Below are positions 13,110 to 27,076 of a DNA stretch of 64,000 nt, piece after piece (positions within the stretch are counted from its first letter, which is position 1; every line of letters starts with the position of its first letter). The notes under the pieces are model-generated. The model was given only the letters and a program-made list of their open reading frames with translations, was not told where the DNA came from and did no database searches. A program made the position numbers and the translations under genes. The DNA is from Vairimorpha necatrix (taxonomy: Eukaryota). The stretch spans positions 186,001-250,000 of the forward strand of contig CP142732.1 of NCBI GenBank assembly GCA_036630325.1. Direction: 5' to 3'.

Positions 13110-15786
13110 GCGAGAAAGTTAAACTAAAAATAAAGTCATTGAAACGACGAAACCTAATGAACTTTGGGAAGTAGATCTAATAGGAAGATTAAATGACAAT
13201 GGAAAAACCAAATTTATAGTCATATGTGTAGACCACCATACTAAATGTATCGAGACGAAAATTTTAACACAAAACCTCGTTTTAATTATAAAAGCACTTG
13301 AAGAATTTATGAGTAAGTGCAATGAAAAGCCAGATAGAATATTATCAGATTGTGGACTTGAATTTGCAATTACAAAGGTTATAGTTTGGGCAAAAGACTG
13401 GTATTAAAAGGGACTTCTCGTCCCCATTCCATCATCAGACCACTGGAGCTGTCGAACGTGTAATCCAAACATTTATGAACAAGTTGAAAAAGATTACAGA
13501 TTTGGAAAGAGACATTGGACTAAGCTGGTGGAGGTTGCAACATTGGCCGTAAATTTATCTTACACAGAGCTATTGGGACCTCAACATCCGTATATAAAAA
13601 GGAAGATTGCCAGAATTGAATATAGACAACCCCCGAATCAACCTAGAGTTCTAATTTTAATGAATAATCGAAAAAAGACAAGGAAGATAATATTTGAAAA
13701 ATATAGGCAACATATCATTAAAGGAAAAAAGAACTTAAACGTGTTTATAAGGAAGGAGATGAGGTGGCCGTATTTCGACCTACTCAAAATAAAATGGAAT
13801 CAAATTAGACATTAGGATTTTAAATATTGAAAAAACTTTAGACGACGCATACCTAGTTTTAAATGGAAAGTCGGAACTCAGAACCAATAAAGCTCATTTA
13901 AAGGCTGTTATTTTAGATGAGGGGATGTTGTAGTTACTTACGCTTAAACTGAGCATTTATAATGCTTGGATATTTCTTTATATTTTTATAATATTTTAAC
14001 CCCATCTTATGGAAGAAGGAAGCCAAATAAAACATTTCACTAACAATTATAGTTTCTTTTTGAATAGAATTTTTCAACTATAAACCCAATTAATAATATA
14101 TTAATTATTTATAATAAACGCCTCTAGCTAAAACAGTTTTTCTAAATATATGAAAAGTACTATATGTTCTAACAATAATATTTTATGGGCTTGTTGAAGA
14201 TTAAGAGAGAGTCCAAAATTACTTTACAACAGAAATTTAATATTAGTAGAATAAAATATATAATTGTACCTATACTGTAAATATTAATGTTATATTAAAG
14301 ATAAATTTGTCCAAAAATACAGATACAACCGATTTATATTCCATTTAAATTTATATACGATACAATAAAAGTTAAAAATATCAAAAAAAGGTACATAATA
14401 CCTTATGTGAATAGTTCTTGGGTTCAAGTCGATAGAACATTGTTACTTCATTTCTTAATTGGGGGTTGTTCCAATTTTTTAAAAAACAAATATATGAGTT
14501 GAATAGATTTAAAATTTAAGAGGTATCGTGGTCATTGTTCTTGTCGAAATTGATGCCTTCTATTCTCAGGCAGTACACAATGCAGCTTAAAATTAACTTT
14601 ATGAGGTTTCTATTATAGTAAATTTATTGGAAATTTACAATTTGGCCCTTTTATTTCTTTTAGTGCTTTAAATAGATGTTAAATTTTTTAATATATTTCT
14701 TCATAAGTTTTCTTATATAATCAGGATAAAATTTAATGAGTAAGATTTTAATTGCGATATATTTTCTTAGACAAATTATTCGTTTGAAAAAAAAAACTAT
14801 ATCCACACCCATTACTATGTGGTTTCAATATTAGAATCGCTTTGGGGAAATTCTATAATGTTTAATAAGAGATTTGAGAGTAAGTTTTAAGATATGTCCT
14901 AATTCTGGTAGTTATTGATCTATATATATATATATGTCGGGATCTGGTTTTCGGTACGAACACTATTATCAGGACATTGTTCATATTCTAAACGACAACA
15001 AAGATTAGAACAAATTTTTTGGCCTTTGACATATATATACATGAAAAAAATAATATCAACACAAACCTTTGAAAGAAATACATAATAAAGAGGTTAAATG
15101 AAATTTTTGGGGGTAACATCATAAAACGCATAATTATTTAAAGCAATTGTTTTAATAAATCCTGTTAAAAGTCAACAATTAGTAAGTGCCGCGTTTTAGA
15201 ATTAAAATTTTCATAATTTGAATATATAGATAAGTTGACAATATAAGACAATAAATGAGGTTTTACTGGTTTTAATATGGAAATTGATATTAAAAAGTCG
15301 TTATCTAAATTTGATAAATTTTGTCATATACGACAGGAAAAATACACATAATCGTATTGTGAACTTTCCATTCACATACTTGTAAAAACGCCGTATTATT
15401 TACCATATATCATTATATATAATAATAAAATACTAAATTAAAATAATTTTATTTTTGTTTAAAGAATCTCAGAAGGAAGTCCTGGAACTGCCAGATGAGA
15501 CTGTAAGCGTATCTTGTGAAAAGTAATTAATAATCCAAATATTATACCCAAATAAATTATATAAATTTTTGTTTAAACTGTACTAAATGCTTGAAAGAAA
15601 AAAAAATACATCAGAGGCTAATAGATTTGATATTATACCTTTTCTGTTAAAAATTATCGATACCTATATTGTTCTGTGTTATATTTTCACTAATATCTTC
15701 TATGTATTTTTTTAATTGTTTGTGTCGATAGGCTTCAACTTAATGATATAATACGTTCAATTTTTTTTATAATGTTGATGCGATAC

Positions 15787-16130
15787 TGTGATGTACATTA
15801 CTACATCACATGAACAGATGTCAAATATGCCATCTGTCACTAATGTCCAAAGACACGTCAAGCATTTCAAGTGACCCGCCAAGTTGAGTCACACAAACAA
15901 ACAAACGAAAGTTGATGGCTGTTACTACATTCGTAAGTACTCCAATGTTTGTGTTTAGTGTTGACAACAAATAATAAATTAAAAATAAACTATAAAAGAA
16001 AGTCTGTCTGTGAAGGGTATGGAATATATGGAGTATAAGAGAAATAGTAAAATCATCAAAAAAACAATATTAAATTATAACATTCTAGAAAGCAATTACA
16101 AAAATAGCAAAGTTTTTTTTATACAGGACA
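15787..16130 (+). repeat. Solo LTR related to the 11112-13109 element
   Basis: tgtgatgtac...atacaggaca, clearly similar to those LTRs. TSD gatac on both sides. Confidence 0.9.
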
Positions 16131-16710
16131 GATACAACGCCAATCTATGACTTTATATGTAAAACTGTACTGTTTAAGAGACAGATTCTTGAATAAATTG
16201 ATTTACGACGATTTCATATTTCCGGTTTAAAAGTTTTGGACCTTTAGCTATCAGTTGATGTTATCGTAGTATATTGGTGGAAGATATTCGATGCCGTTTT
16301 TTTGTTATTTTAAAATCTGAACTATTGTGAAAAATAAAAATATTAATTTTGGCCAAATTCCCGCTCTAATTTTATCAGATGTTGGTAAGACATTTTGCAC
16401 TAAAAAATTTTCTGTTTTTTATTTATAAAAAATGTGAATCTGCATGTAACAACATATAGATTAAATTTAGTTTGCCCATAATTGTTCAATACAAAACCAT
16501 TACACAACATCATATAACAATGCTGACTTATTGTACCAAAACTAATTGACTATTGGCAATGGAATATTTTTGTTCCGAAAATATTATTATATGTATAAGA
16601 ACTGAAAACCATTATATTTTATTTATTTCTTTAAAAAAATAATAGTCTTATAAAAAAATGTAGAATAATAAAAATATATACAAATAGAAAAATCTTTTAT
16701 AAAAATTTAT

Positions 16711-17317
16711 TTATAACGCGATTAGTACTAAAGTAAATCCAATGACAGAAATAGACACCAATACTTTGTCTGCATTGCTACTTACAGAATCTTCATCAAC
16801 GTTTTTATCGTAGTTTTTTACTTTCGTATTCTTTTTTTTCTATTTGCGGGCTAGAGGCTGCATTCTTTTGTTGATAGGTTGGTTTATACTTATAAAATGA
16901 AGACCTTTTGTTGGTCTGTATTCCTTCTATATACCTAGGTTTGGAATTATAAACAGCTTCGATTGTTTTTTCGTCATTAGCCATTTCATTGTATTCTTGT
17001 ATATTATAATTAAATTTTTCTGGTTTTAACTGAAAATCATTCGGTGTTGGGGCATATGCAAGCATGTATTTGTCACCTTTAGTCTTGACAATAAGATCTT
17101 TACTATCAAGTAATTCTCCGGCGTTTTCATGTACAGCAATTTTCTTAGGCATACTTCATTCATTATCATTTGGCTCTTTTGATTTTATTTCTATTCCTTC
17201 TCGATCATCAGCCTTAATAGAATAGGCCACATTGTCTTTTGAATTGATCAATTCTTTAAGACTAACATTGTTGAATATAAATACTAGAAGTTGCAGGTCC
17301 ATTTTTAAAAACCTCAT
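16711..17317 (-). pseudogene. Probable host gene remnant for a ~200-aa secreted / GPI-anchor-like protein
   Basis: MRFLKMDLQLLVFIFNNVSL N-terminus, then an in-frame TGA just before ORF 16805-17152. After a frameshift there is a hydrophobic tail ...SSNADKVLVSISVIGFTLVLIAL*. No TE motifs. Confidence 0.5.
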
Positions 17318-17351
17318 AAAAATTTTATTTATATTTTACATGCTTATTTAC

Positions 17352-17677
17352 TGTGATGTACATTACTACATCACATGAACAGAGGTCAAATATATCATCT
17401 GTCACTTATGTTCAAATGAATGTCAACCATTTTAAGTGGCCCGTCGAGATGAGTCACATAAACAAACAAACAACCAAAAGTTGAATGGTCGTTACTACAT
17501 TTGTAAGTACGCCAATGTTTGTATTTAGTGTTGACAAAGAATAATTAATTAAAAATAAAATATAAAAAAAAGTCTGTCTTTGAAGGTTATGGAATCTAAA
17601 AGCAAGAGAACATCCATCAATAAATATAATTACATTAAAATTTTCATAAAAATGGCCATGTACCCGGATACATGACA
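17352..17677 (+). repeat. Solo LTR, related subfamily
   Basis: tgtgatgtac...catgaca with TSD tttac. Confidence 0.9.
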
Positions 17678-17877
17678 TTTACACTACAAGAAAACACTGT
17701 GAACTAACAAACTTAAACAATTGAATCAACAAATTTCTTAAAACAAACATTCGAGTATTAAAAAAACAATATGCAAACTTTGATAGCTTTTTACTTATAA
17801 GAAATAATTAGAATGTTCAAAGTCGATTTTCATGTAATATAAATCTTATTGTTAAAATGAAAACATGGGTTTATTCA

Positions 17878-18397
17878 TCATATATATAAAAGAATTTTAT
17901 TTAATTTTTTACCCCTCTTTTTTATGAATTTAAAAATTCTATACGATATGTTTTGAGCTTTTTACGTTAATATAATATCAAATATAGATTAGATGTTTCA
18001 ATTTGATAATTTTAAGTGTGTATACTATATATGAATGCATTTTTATCTTAATTTTTATTTTTGTAAAACTCAGTTCCAAAATATCGTCAGAATCGTTTTT
18101 TAGAATTTATTTAACCCTTCTACGAAAAATTGTAAAAACATATGACAAATAAAGATTTTAAATGTAAGTGTCAAAACTTGAGCTTAGAAGTTCCCAAAAT
18201 TATCTCATTGAGATTATTAAATGTTTTTAAACCAAATTACTTCTTATACGTTGCTAAAAAGTATTTTTCAAAATCATGTTTTCTCCTTTTTAAATTCTTT
18301 CTTCCCATAATGGAAATTCACAAAAAAATATAAAGGACGTACATATTATAAAACAAAATCTACATATTCCATTTTTAAAACGGGAAAGCATACGCTA
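17878..18397 (+). mobile_element. Non-autonomous Helitron, copy 1 (tandem with copy 2)
   Basis: Starts TCATATATATAAAAG. Degenerate 3' hairpin and CTA end. Similar along its length to copies 2 and 3. Confidence 0.8.
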
Positions 18398-18406
18398 TCA
18401 TCATCA

Positions 18407-18919
18407 TCATATATATAAAAGAATTTTATTTAATTTTTTACCCCTATTTTTTGTGATTTTTAAATTTATAAACGGCCCTTTTGATATTTATTATGTTATT
18501 GTAATATCAAATATAGATTTATTGCCTTAATCTGAATATTCTAAGTGTGTATGTTATTAGTTAATACTTTTTAATTTTGATTATTATTTTTGTAAAACTC
18601 AGTTCCAAAATATCGTCAGAATCGTTTTTTAGAATTTATTTAATCCTTCTAGAAAAAATCCACAAAAACATTAACCAAAAAAGATTTTGAATATAAGTGT
18701 CAAAAATGAGCTTTAGGTGCTTTAAAATTATCTCATTGAGATTATTAAATGTTTTAAAACAACATTACTTCTTATATGTTGCTAAAAAGTATTTTTAAAA
18801 ATCATGTTTTCTCCTTTTTAAATTCATTATCTTAAAAAATAACTTAACAAAATTTACTGAAGAGGGACAAATTTAAACTCATACAATTCCCGTTTTCAAA
18901 ACGGGAAAGCATACGCTAG
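18407..18919 (+). mobile_element. Non-autonomous Helitron, copy 2
   Basis: 5' TC. Hairpin cccgttttcaaaacggg about 11 nt before the 3' CTAG, followed by T. Confidence 0.85.
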
Positions 18920-19306
18920 TTTATTATAAAATATTTAAAGAACGACATGTCAAATATCTCAGAATGTCCACTGCCGGATTTGACATGTGTTACACTTCCT
19001 ACACTAACAAACCATTACAGCTTACTGTGATTTCGACTTGCCATAACCGTTTTTTCTATTATCAAGCTGTCATGTATCGGGATATATGGCCATTTTTATA
19101 ATAATTTTCAATGTAATTATATATTGATTGTTGTTCTCTTGCTATTAGATTCTTTACCCTCCAAAGACAGACTTTCTTTTATATTTTATTTTTAATATAT
19201 TATTCTTTGTCAACACTGAGCACAAACATTCGCGTACTTACGAATGTAGTAAACGACCATGCAACTTTCGTTTGTTTGTTTCTGTGACCCATCTTGACGG
19301 AGCTAT

Positions 19307-20786
19307 GGCAGTCTGGTGGCCAAAAATTCCTTAAAAGGAATTTTTAAAAAAATCATCTCAAAAATAAAAAGTCAAGAGGAAAAACTTTTTGAAATTTTTT
19401 AAAATATATTGAAAAAACAAGCAAATCATGTATAAAATGTGATTCTATAAGTAAAAAATATAATGAAAATTTTATTTTTCGATGTACTTGGTCTAAATGT
19501 ATAAGTAAATGGTCTTTATTAAAAAACACTATATTCTACAATAACAAGCTTGGAATTAATACTATGTTATTAATTATTAAATTATGGTCTGTTAATGTAA
19601 AGTATAAAGCTATTGCGGAATTTCTTGGAATTAGCATTAAAAGTGTAAGAAAAATCATTTCTTTAACAGTAAATTCCATCGAAAATTCTGTTTACGTTGA
19701 AACAGGTATAATAGGAGGACCTGGGATTGTTGTGGAAATAGATGAAAGTAAGTTTGGTAAAGTAAAATACCATAGAGGCCATAGGGTAGAAGGAGTTTTT
19801 ATTTTCGGAATGGTAGAAAGAGCACCTCAAAGGAAAATTGTGTTTGTTCCTGTTGATAATAGAAGAGCAACTACACTAGAAGAACTTTTAATTAAATATG
19901 TTCACCAGAATCTATCAAACATAGTGATTGCTTCTCTTCATATTCTAGGTTGTGTTCAATTTTTCAACAACATAAGACGGTATATCATTCAAAAGAATCA
20001 TATATATAAAAGAATTTTATTTAATTTTTTGCCCCTCTTTTTTATAATTTTGTTACCTTTAAACTTCTTATTTCATACTTATTGTGTATTAAAAATATCA
20101 AATTCACATCTAAAGTTTCGCAATGATTATTTTAAATGTGTATATTATGTGTTAATGCATTTTTGTTTTAATTATTATTTTTGTTAAACTCAGTTCCAAA
20201 ATATTGTCAGAATCGTTTTTTAGAATTTATTTAACCCTTCTAGAAAAAATTTTAAAAACAAATAACAAAAAAAAAGTTGAATAAAAGTGTCAATACATGA
20301 GCTTAGAAGTTCCCAATCATCTCATTATAATTATTAAATGTTTTTAGCTCAACTTTACTCCTTATATGTTGCTAAAAAGTATTTTTTAAAATCATGTTTT
20401 CTCCTTTTTAAATTCAGTTATCCCAAAATGGAAACTCAACAAAATTCACGGATCAAAGACATATTAAAACACTAAACATTTAGATCCCGTTTTCAAAACG
20501 GGAAAGCATAAGCTAGTTTGTTAATAAAAATAATTTATGCCATACTAATACTATCAAAGGTAATTGGAGCGCTGTTAAAAGTGAAACTTCCATAAAACAT
20601 AGAACAAAAAAATTAATAAAGAGTTCTTTGTTAAGATTTATGCTTAGAAGAAATTTTCAAGGGAATTTGTTTGATAAAATTATTAAAATGATTTTTAAGT
20701 TTTTATTTTTTTTCCTCTTGACTTTATATTTTTAGGGGGATTTTTTTAAAAATTCCTTTTAAGGGATTTTTCGCGACCAGACTGCC
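19307..20786 (+). mobile_element. Merlin transposon, degenerate, with a Helitron insertion
   Basis: TIR ggcagtctggt...accagactgcc. VVEIDESKFGKVKYHRG motif. C-terminal HTNTIKGNWSAVK resumes after 20516. No TSD seen. Confidence 0.88.
19998..20516 (+). mobile_element. Non-autonomous Helitron, copy 3
   Basis: TC...hairpin...CTAG inserted at A^T with no TSD. Removing it restores the Merlin frame HSKE|FVNK. Confidence 0.9.
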
Positions 20787-20899
20787 TTTTAACCCACCTT
20801 GACAGGTATCTAAAGATATTTATCATTCCTATGAATATAAATGACAGATGATATATTTGACATCTATTCATGTGATGTAGTAATGTACATCACACAAGC

Positions 20900-21402
20900 A
20901 ACACTTTAAATGAATTGAATCGTAGTTCTACAACCGTTCCCTTTTCTTCCCATTTTGGTTTGAATTTTTTTACTAAACGGTAGAATAAAATAATACCAAA
21001 CTCTATCGCCCACCTTAATAGGATCTTTATCCGCGGAGTTGGCCTTTTTACTCGTGTCGTATTCTCGTCTGTAAACTTCCAAGCTCTTAATCGCTTGCTC
21101 CCGAAACTCTCTCTTATCTTTTGTGAGATGCATTCCGCATTATATCTATCTTATTTGAAGCGCTTCCTGTTAAGAGTTCTAATGGTGCACCCCCTATAGC
21201 CCTATGATATGATTGCATATAGACTCTGACTACTTTAGGGACACATTTTACCCAATCAAATTTCTTAAATTCTGTAACCTTCCTTAATTTTATGGCTATA
21301 GTTCTATTAAACCTCTCAACAAGTCCCGTGGTTGTAGGTTTATAAGGATAGCCATATTTCCCTGGAAATTTTTTGGTCTTCGCATATTCCTCACATATAT
21401 TA
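20900..21402 (-). pseudogene. Gypsy integrase fragment
   Basis: Translates PYKPTTTGLVERFNRT and downstream KVGDRVWY. No LTRs identified. Confidence 0.7.
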
Positions 21403-24400
21403 TGTTGGCGTCTTTATAATACTTAATAAATAAACCTCTTATGCTTGTTAACTCCTTCAACATGGCACACGGTACGGAACAGAAAATAGAAGGACTAACA
21501 TTCAGAATCGCCAAAGCCAAAGCAGGCATGAAAAATTTGGAGCTCCAGTTTAAAGCATACAACATTATTCAAGACAAAGAAAAAATATCAATATTCCTTA
21601 GGATTTTTGATAGGCGGCCCGAATTTTAATAATCAAAAATAAACAAAAATTTGCAAATGTTACATGGAGACAACTAAAGGATCGACTAAAAAAAATAACA
21701 GAGGAAATAACTCTTTTGAATTTATTGGAAGCTAGACAAAGGCTAAATGAACCAGTGAGCGAGTGGTTAGATAGAATTATAACTGTTACATATGATTCTG
21801 GTATGGATGAAGAATTTGCTAAAAAAAATAATTTCAAGAACATTTTTAACTTTAGAAGGATTCCTAACTTTTAGAGACTGCTTTGCTAACCAATCAGTAT
21901 ACGATGATTATCAGAACAAGATAGAACTATTAAGGAGAAGAGATATGTTAATATTAAAAAGAGAAAATCAAAAAAAAAGAAAACCTCAAACTCAGAACAT
22001 TGAGCAGATAAGAAGCAATAAACAACCTCTTAAAGAAAACAAAATCTGCATTTGGAAAGATTTTTGATTAACAATCTACAAACACCACTAGGAAAAGTTA
22101 AGACTATGGAATTATTCTTGCAGAGCAAAAAAACAGTGGTAGATACAGGTAGCAATCTAAATTTATTTTGTAGGAAGCTTGTTGAAGAAAAAGAATTTCT
22201 TAACATAGAGACGAAAGAGATTACGGTAACAAACATTTTTGGACAAGAAAATACTTTAACAGAATACGTAGAATTAACTGTGGAATAAAACACATACAGA
22301 TAACAACCACTTTTTACATCATGGACAATGGATCAATTTCCCTTTTGATTGGTAATCCAACTATAGTTTATGTCCAAAAATCGAGACATGAAATAGGAGA
22401 ACTTAATAAAAAGTTTTGTAAAGTCTTTAATGATGAACCATCCGGAGGTTATAATAAAATAATGTGCACAATAGATACAAAGAAGGTGCCAAAGTCAATA
22501 TAAAAAAAGAAACATACCACAATGTGACATAGAAGGTACCCAAAAAAACAATAACAAAACTTCTAAATTTGGGTTATATATAAAATCTACCTCGTCATGG
22601 TGCAATCCTATGCGCCCAGTTAAAAAACGAATGAAGAATATAGAATAACCTGTAATATGCAATGGGTAAACAAAGTTGTAGAGGACAACATTTACACGAT
22701 CATAAAAATAAATGATATCATTAATACGACACAGGGCAAAAAGATTTTTACAGTATTGGATCTATCAGACGGATTGTTCCAAATAAAAAATAACCCTAAA
22801 GATAATCATAAAACAGCCTTTTATTTTAGAAATAATTTGTACCAATACACCAGAATGCCTCAAGACTTCAAAAATTCACCAGCAATCTTTCAAATGATAA
22901 TGGATAATATTTTAAGTGATATCATTGAAACTAAATGTATGATATATATATATATATATATGGACGATATAATAGTATATGGAAAAACAGAAAAAGAACA
23001 TGACCAGAACTTATCAGAAGTTCTTCAAAGGCTCGAAGATAATAATTTTAAAGTAAACGCAGATAAAATGCATAATAAAAGCAAAACGGTTTAGCTTTTA
23101 GGATCTATGATCAACGGGCCAATTCAGAAGCCAATGGGAGAAGACCAGAGAAAGATATTGGATTTCAAAACGCCAAAAACCAAAAAAGATTTACAAAAAT
23201 TTCTTGGATTTGCAAATTACTATAGAAAATATATTGCGCACCTAGCAAAAATTTCGCACCTATTATATGATGCACTCAAAGGTCTCATGGACAACGATCA
23301 ATTAAAATGGACTAAAGAATGCGAGAATGTCTTTAGCAACATAAAACTAAAGATAAGTTCGAACATATCAATAAATGTAGCAGGCTTCACAAAACCATTT
23401 GTCTTAACAACAGATGCCTCAAATACAGGAATAGGAGCTTGCCTACAACAAGAAAAAGATGGCGAACTTATAGTTATAGATTGGGCATCCAAAAAGCTGT
23501 CTGAAGCAGAGAAAAAATATACAATAACAGAGAAAGAATTTCTAGCTATGGCTTGATAAAAAACACTATGAAGTATATTTAAAAGGCTATATGTTTAAAG
23601 TTATTCCGATTACACCGCCCTTTCGTTTGATAAAACTAAACATATATTTGGAAATATGAAATTAGAACGAATGAGAGAGAAACTACAAAGTTATGACTTC
23701 ACAATACATTATAAGAAAGACACCGAAATTATTGGAAGATGTGTTAAGTAGAATTTTTGAAACGTCGGACCAAACTCATGACTTAAAACTGTCAAAAAAT
23801 GAGCTCATGGATTCTAAAGGTACATGGTATTATAAAGTAAACGACACATTAACGAAGCTCTTTCCGCCGGTCGAAGATAGACCAGCGCTACTTAAAAATG
23901 GACACGAAATACTTACAAACCATGGTGGAAGAGATGCAATGATTTATGGAACATAGAGAAAATATTATTGACCTACACTAAACGAATCAATTGCTCAATA
24001 CTTAAAACGTTGTAAAGCTTGTCAATGCAATCAAAAAAAGACACAAGGAGGAGAAAAGTTAGTGGAAACAAATTACAAATTGGAAAAGGTTAGCATGGAC
24101 CTTTTATTCCTAGAACAGGTCATACCCCTACTTACATGTATTGATCTTTACACAAGAAAAGTTAATAAAAATATCTAAAGAACAAAACGAACAAGGAAAC
24201 GTTTAAAAAAATAAAAGAAATCTTTGAAGAAAGGAAAAATCCGATTTATTATAATAGATAATGGGAGTGAATTCATATCGAAAGAGTTCTCAATGTGGTG
24301 CGAGAAAAACTCGATTATATTCATAATACAAGCCCGGGAAAACATCAGTCCAACGGAAGAATCAAAAGACTAAATAGAAATGTATGGCAGATTATTAGGA

Positions 24401-24667
24401 AAAGGTTTTTAGAAGAATCCAATTATAATTTGGAAAGAAACTTACCAGATATAGTTAAACGATTTAATAATACCCATCACGGAGATATTTAGTGTACACA
24501 AAATAAGATGTGGGAAAATAGAATTACGCCAGAAGAAAAAGAAGCGCAACGAATAAAATACGAGAAGGGATTTAAGTCGTTATAAAGAGAAAAATTTGAG
24601 ATTGGAGAATATGTACTGTCGTGGCCAGTACAGAGGCCACAAAATATGATACAATTTTCGCAAAAGG
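21403..24667 (+). mobile_element. 3'-truncated degenerate Ty3/gypsy element (putative 60-bp LTR 21403-21462)
   Basis: tgttggcg...ttcaaca followed by TGGCACAC. gag, protease (VDTGS), RT (YMDD), RNase H (TDASN) and integrase (QSNGRI) fragments. Confidence 0.85.
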
Positions 24668-27076
24668 TGTGGGAAATAAAAAAATATAAATTCATGCAGG
24701 AAAGAGGGAATAGAAAATATTAATAAACGATTTGACGACATGGCGACAACGACCAACAACGTTAACTATTTCGCAGTGGTACTGAAGAGGATATAAATAT
24801 CTGGATCAGAGATATGATGATCTTGGGTGAAGTGGAAGAATGGGCTAAAAAAAATCTGGTGAAGGCTTTTGTATGAAAGATGAAAGAACGGATTTGTCTT
24901 GGGTTTCACAAGTTTTAGGAGGGAAAATTGGCAGTATTGGACTACAAGAACTGATTTTTATGAGAAAAAAAAGATTTGGATCTAATAAGAATAATGATAT
25001 TACTCTTGGCAGATTTTTGGAAAGACCGACGCCTGAGACCAAGGAGGAATATTAAAAGATGTTGTATGAAGCAACAATTATATTTGAAAGACACTTAAAA
25101 ACATTCCAGCTTTATGCCAGATGGTAATTAACAAATCGCCTATAGAAATTTAAGCGATATTAATCCAGGCAGCTTTAATGTGGGAACATGGGAAGATTTC
25201 ATTCAGAGAGCTGAAGTAATGGCATGGATACCATATCGAGATTAAATTCTATTAATGGTCGAAGTAAGACCAGATAGAACTACAAAAAAATGATGGAAAT
25301 TTTGGCAGAGGGCTATACAACAATAAAGATTTTGGCAGGGGCCCAAATAACAGCGGAAATTACGGCAGAGGACTAAACAACCGCAAATATTGCATGTTAC
25401 ATTGGGAAGGATCTCATTACTAAAAAAAATGTTTGCGACTCTCTGAAATGTTGGAAAATGAACGTAAAAGAAATTCGACAAAGAAGGTTTATATTAATGA
25501 GAAACAAATTAAAAAAGATAATTACGATTTGGACAATAAAGACAGTTTAAATTACTTGTTTAGAGTCATAGACCGAAGTAACTCATTTTTGCCACAAGGT
25601 ATTCTATATAATAATAAAAGGAAAATTCTTTTAGACACGTGAGCAGACGTCTCGATAATAGACCAAAAAGACATACCATCACATTTATATAAACAGATAT
25701 TAAATTACTCGGGAGTCGTTAAAGGCGCGGAAAGCCAACCCTTAAACATAATAGGCCAAATAAAAAACTGTGTTGTCAGGATAAATGGTAGAGATATTAC
25801 GTTTTCTCCTCTTATAATGAAAAATACAAAATTTATATTGAAGGGTCAGAGGTTATCAAAAAAAAACACAGAGTTAATTATCGAATTAATCAGAACATTT
25901 AATTTGGGACATGAAAAACAAGTCGTAACCGTTATAGAGGAGAATGAGACTCTTATTAAGGAAGAATATAAGGATTTATTTAAAACGGAGATAAGCGAAT
26001 TTAATCTTTGTACTGCAGGAAAACATAGCGTGCAAACAAATAGTAATAAGATAATCTGTCAGAGAAATGGCAGGATACCTATTGCACAAGAGGAAATAAT
26101 AGAAACCGAAATAAATAAATTGTTAAAGTTAGGAATAATAAGGGATAGTAAAAGCCCATGGTGTAGCAGGATAGTAATGGTCTCGAAGCCAGACAAAACT
26201 TGGAGGATGTGCATAGATTACAGAGGATTAAATGCAATCACTATTAAGGATTCATATATGTCTCCAAGGATCGACGAGATTTTTGACCGTGTTGCAGGGG
26301 CATCGATTTTCACTGTGTTAGACGCTACGTGTGGATTCCAACAATTGCTCTTGGAAGAAGAAGATAAAGAGAAGACAGCGTTCTCATTTAAAGGAAGGCT
26401 TTATGAATACAACAGAATGCCCTTCGGACTATGCAATGCTCCTGCCACCTTCCAGAGAGCCATGGACAATATTTTTAGAATGGAAAACAGAAAATTCGTA
26501 ATACCATACCTAGATGACATTATAATATACTCTAGAACGAAAGCGGAACACAACGTACAAGTAAAAATAGTATTAGAAAAAATAAGAGCTTCAAGATTAT
26601 CATTAAACTTAAAAAAATGTAAATTCTACAAGAATAAAATTAAAATTTTAAAAATATAATTGTGAATAGTTGCATTTAAGTAGACCCAGAAAAAACTAGT
26701 CTAATCGAACGTACCCAATTCCCACGTCTATTAAAGAGCTCAGAGGGTTCTTAGGAACAGTTAATCATTATAGAGACTTTGTAAAGTATATAGAATCGCT
26801 TACTGGTTCATTATATGACATACTTAGAGGGGAGAGACAAAACTCAAGTAAAAAAATCACACTTACGGAAGATCAATTGGCTGCTTTTAATAGAACTAAA
26901 TGCCAAATGGAAAAAAAATACTTTACGAACTCAACCGAACATTAAAAAGGATTTTATACTTATGACAGATGCCTCAAACTCAGGTATTGGAGCAGTGTTA
27001 CTACAGGAGAACGATCATGGAAAAGAGAAAATGATATCCGCGTTTAGTAAAAGATTAGATAATTGTCAAAAAAATT

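Larger units (their letters stand above)
6315..14045 (+). mobile_element. Degenerate Ty3/gypsy retrotransposon carrying nested SINE, Merlin and LTR insertions
   Basis: 120-bp LTRs 6315-6434 and 13926-14045. TSD attat. PBS TGGCGACAATG, purine-rich PPT before 13926. Fragments of gag, protease (TGADVS), RT (RMCIDYR, LDATSGY), RNase H (TDASN) and integrase. Confidence 0.92.
19068..20894 (-). repeat. Solo LTR (same family as 17352-17677) split by a Merlin element
   Basis: tgtcatgtatc...tacatcaca with TSD caagc (19063-19067 / 20895-20899). Confidence 0.85.

Noticed and set aside
14051-15786. Host gene or ncRNA in the AT-rich spacer
   Set aside because: No ORF of 60 aa or more in the track, and no motif or repeat I could support.
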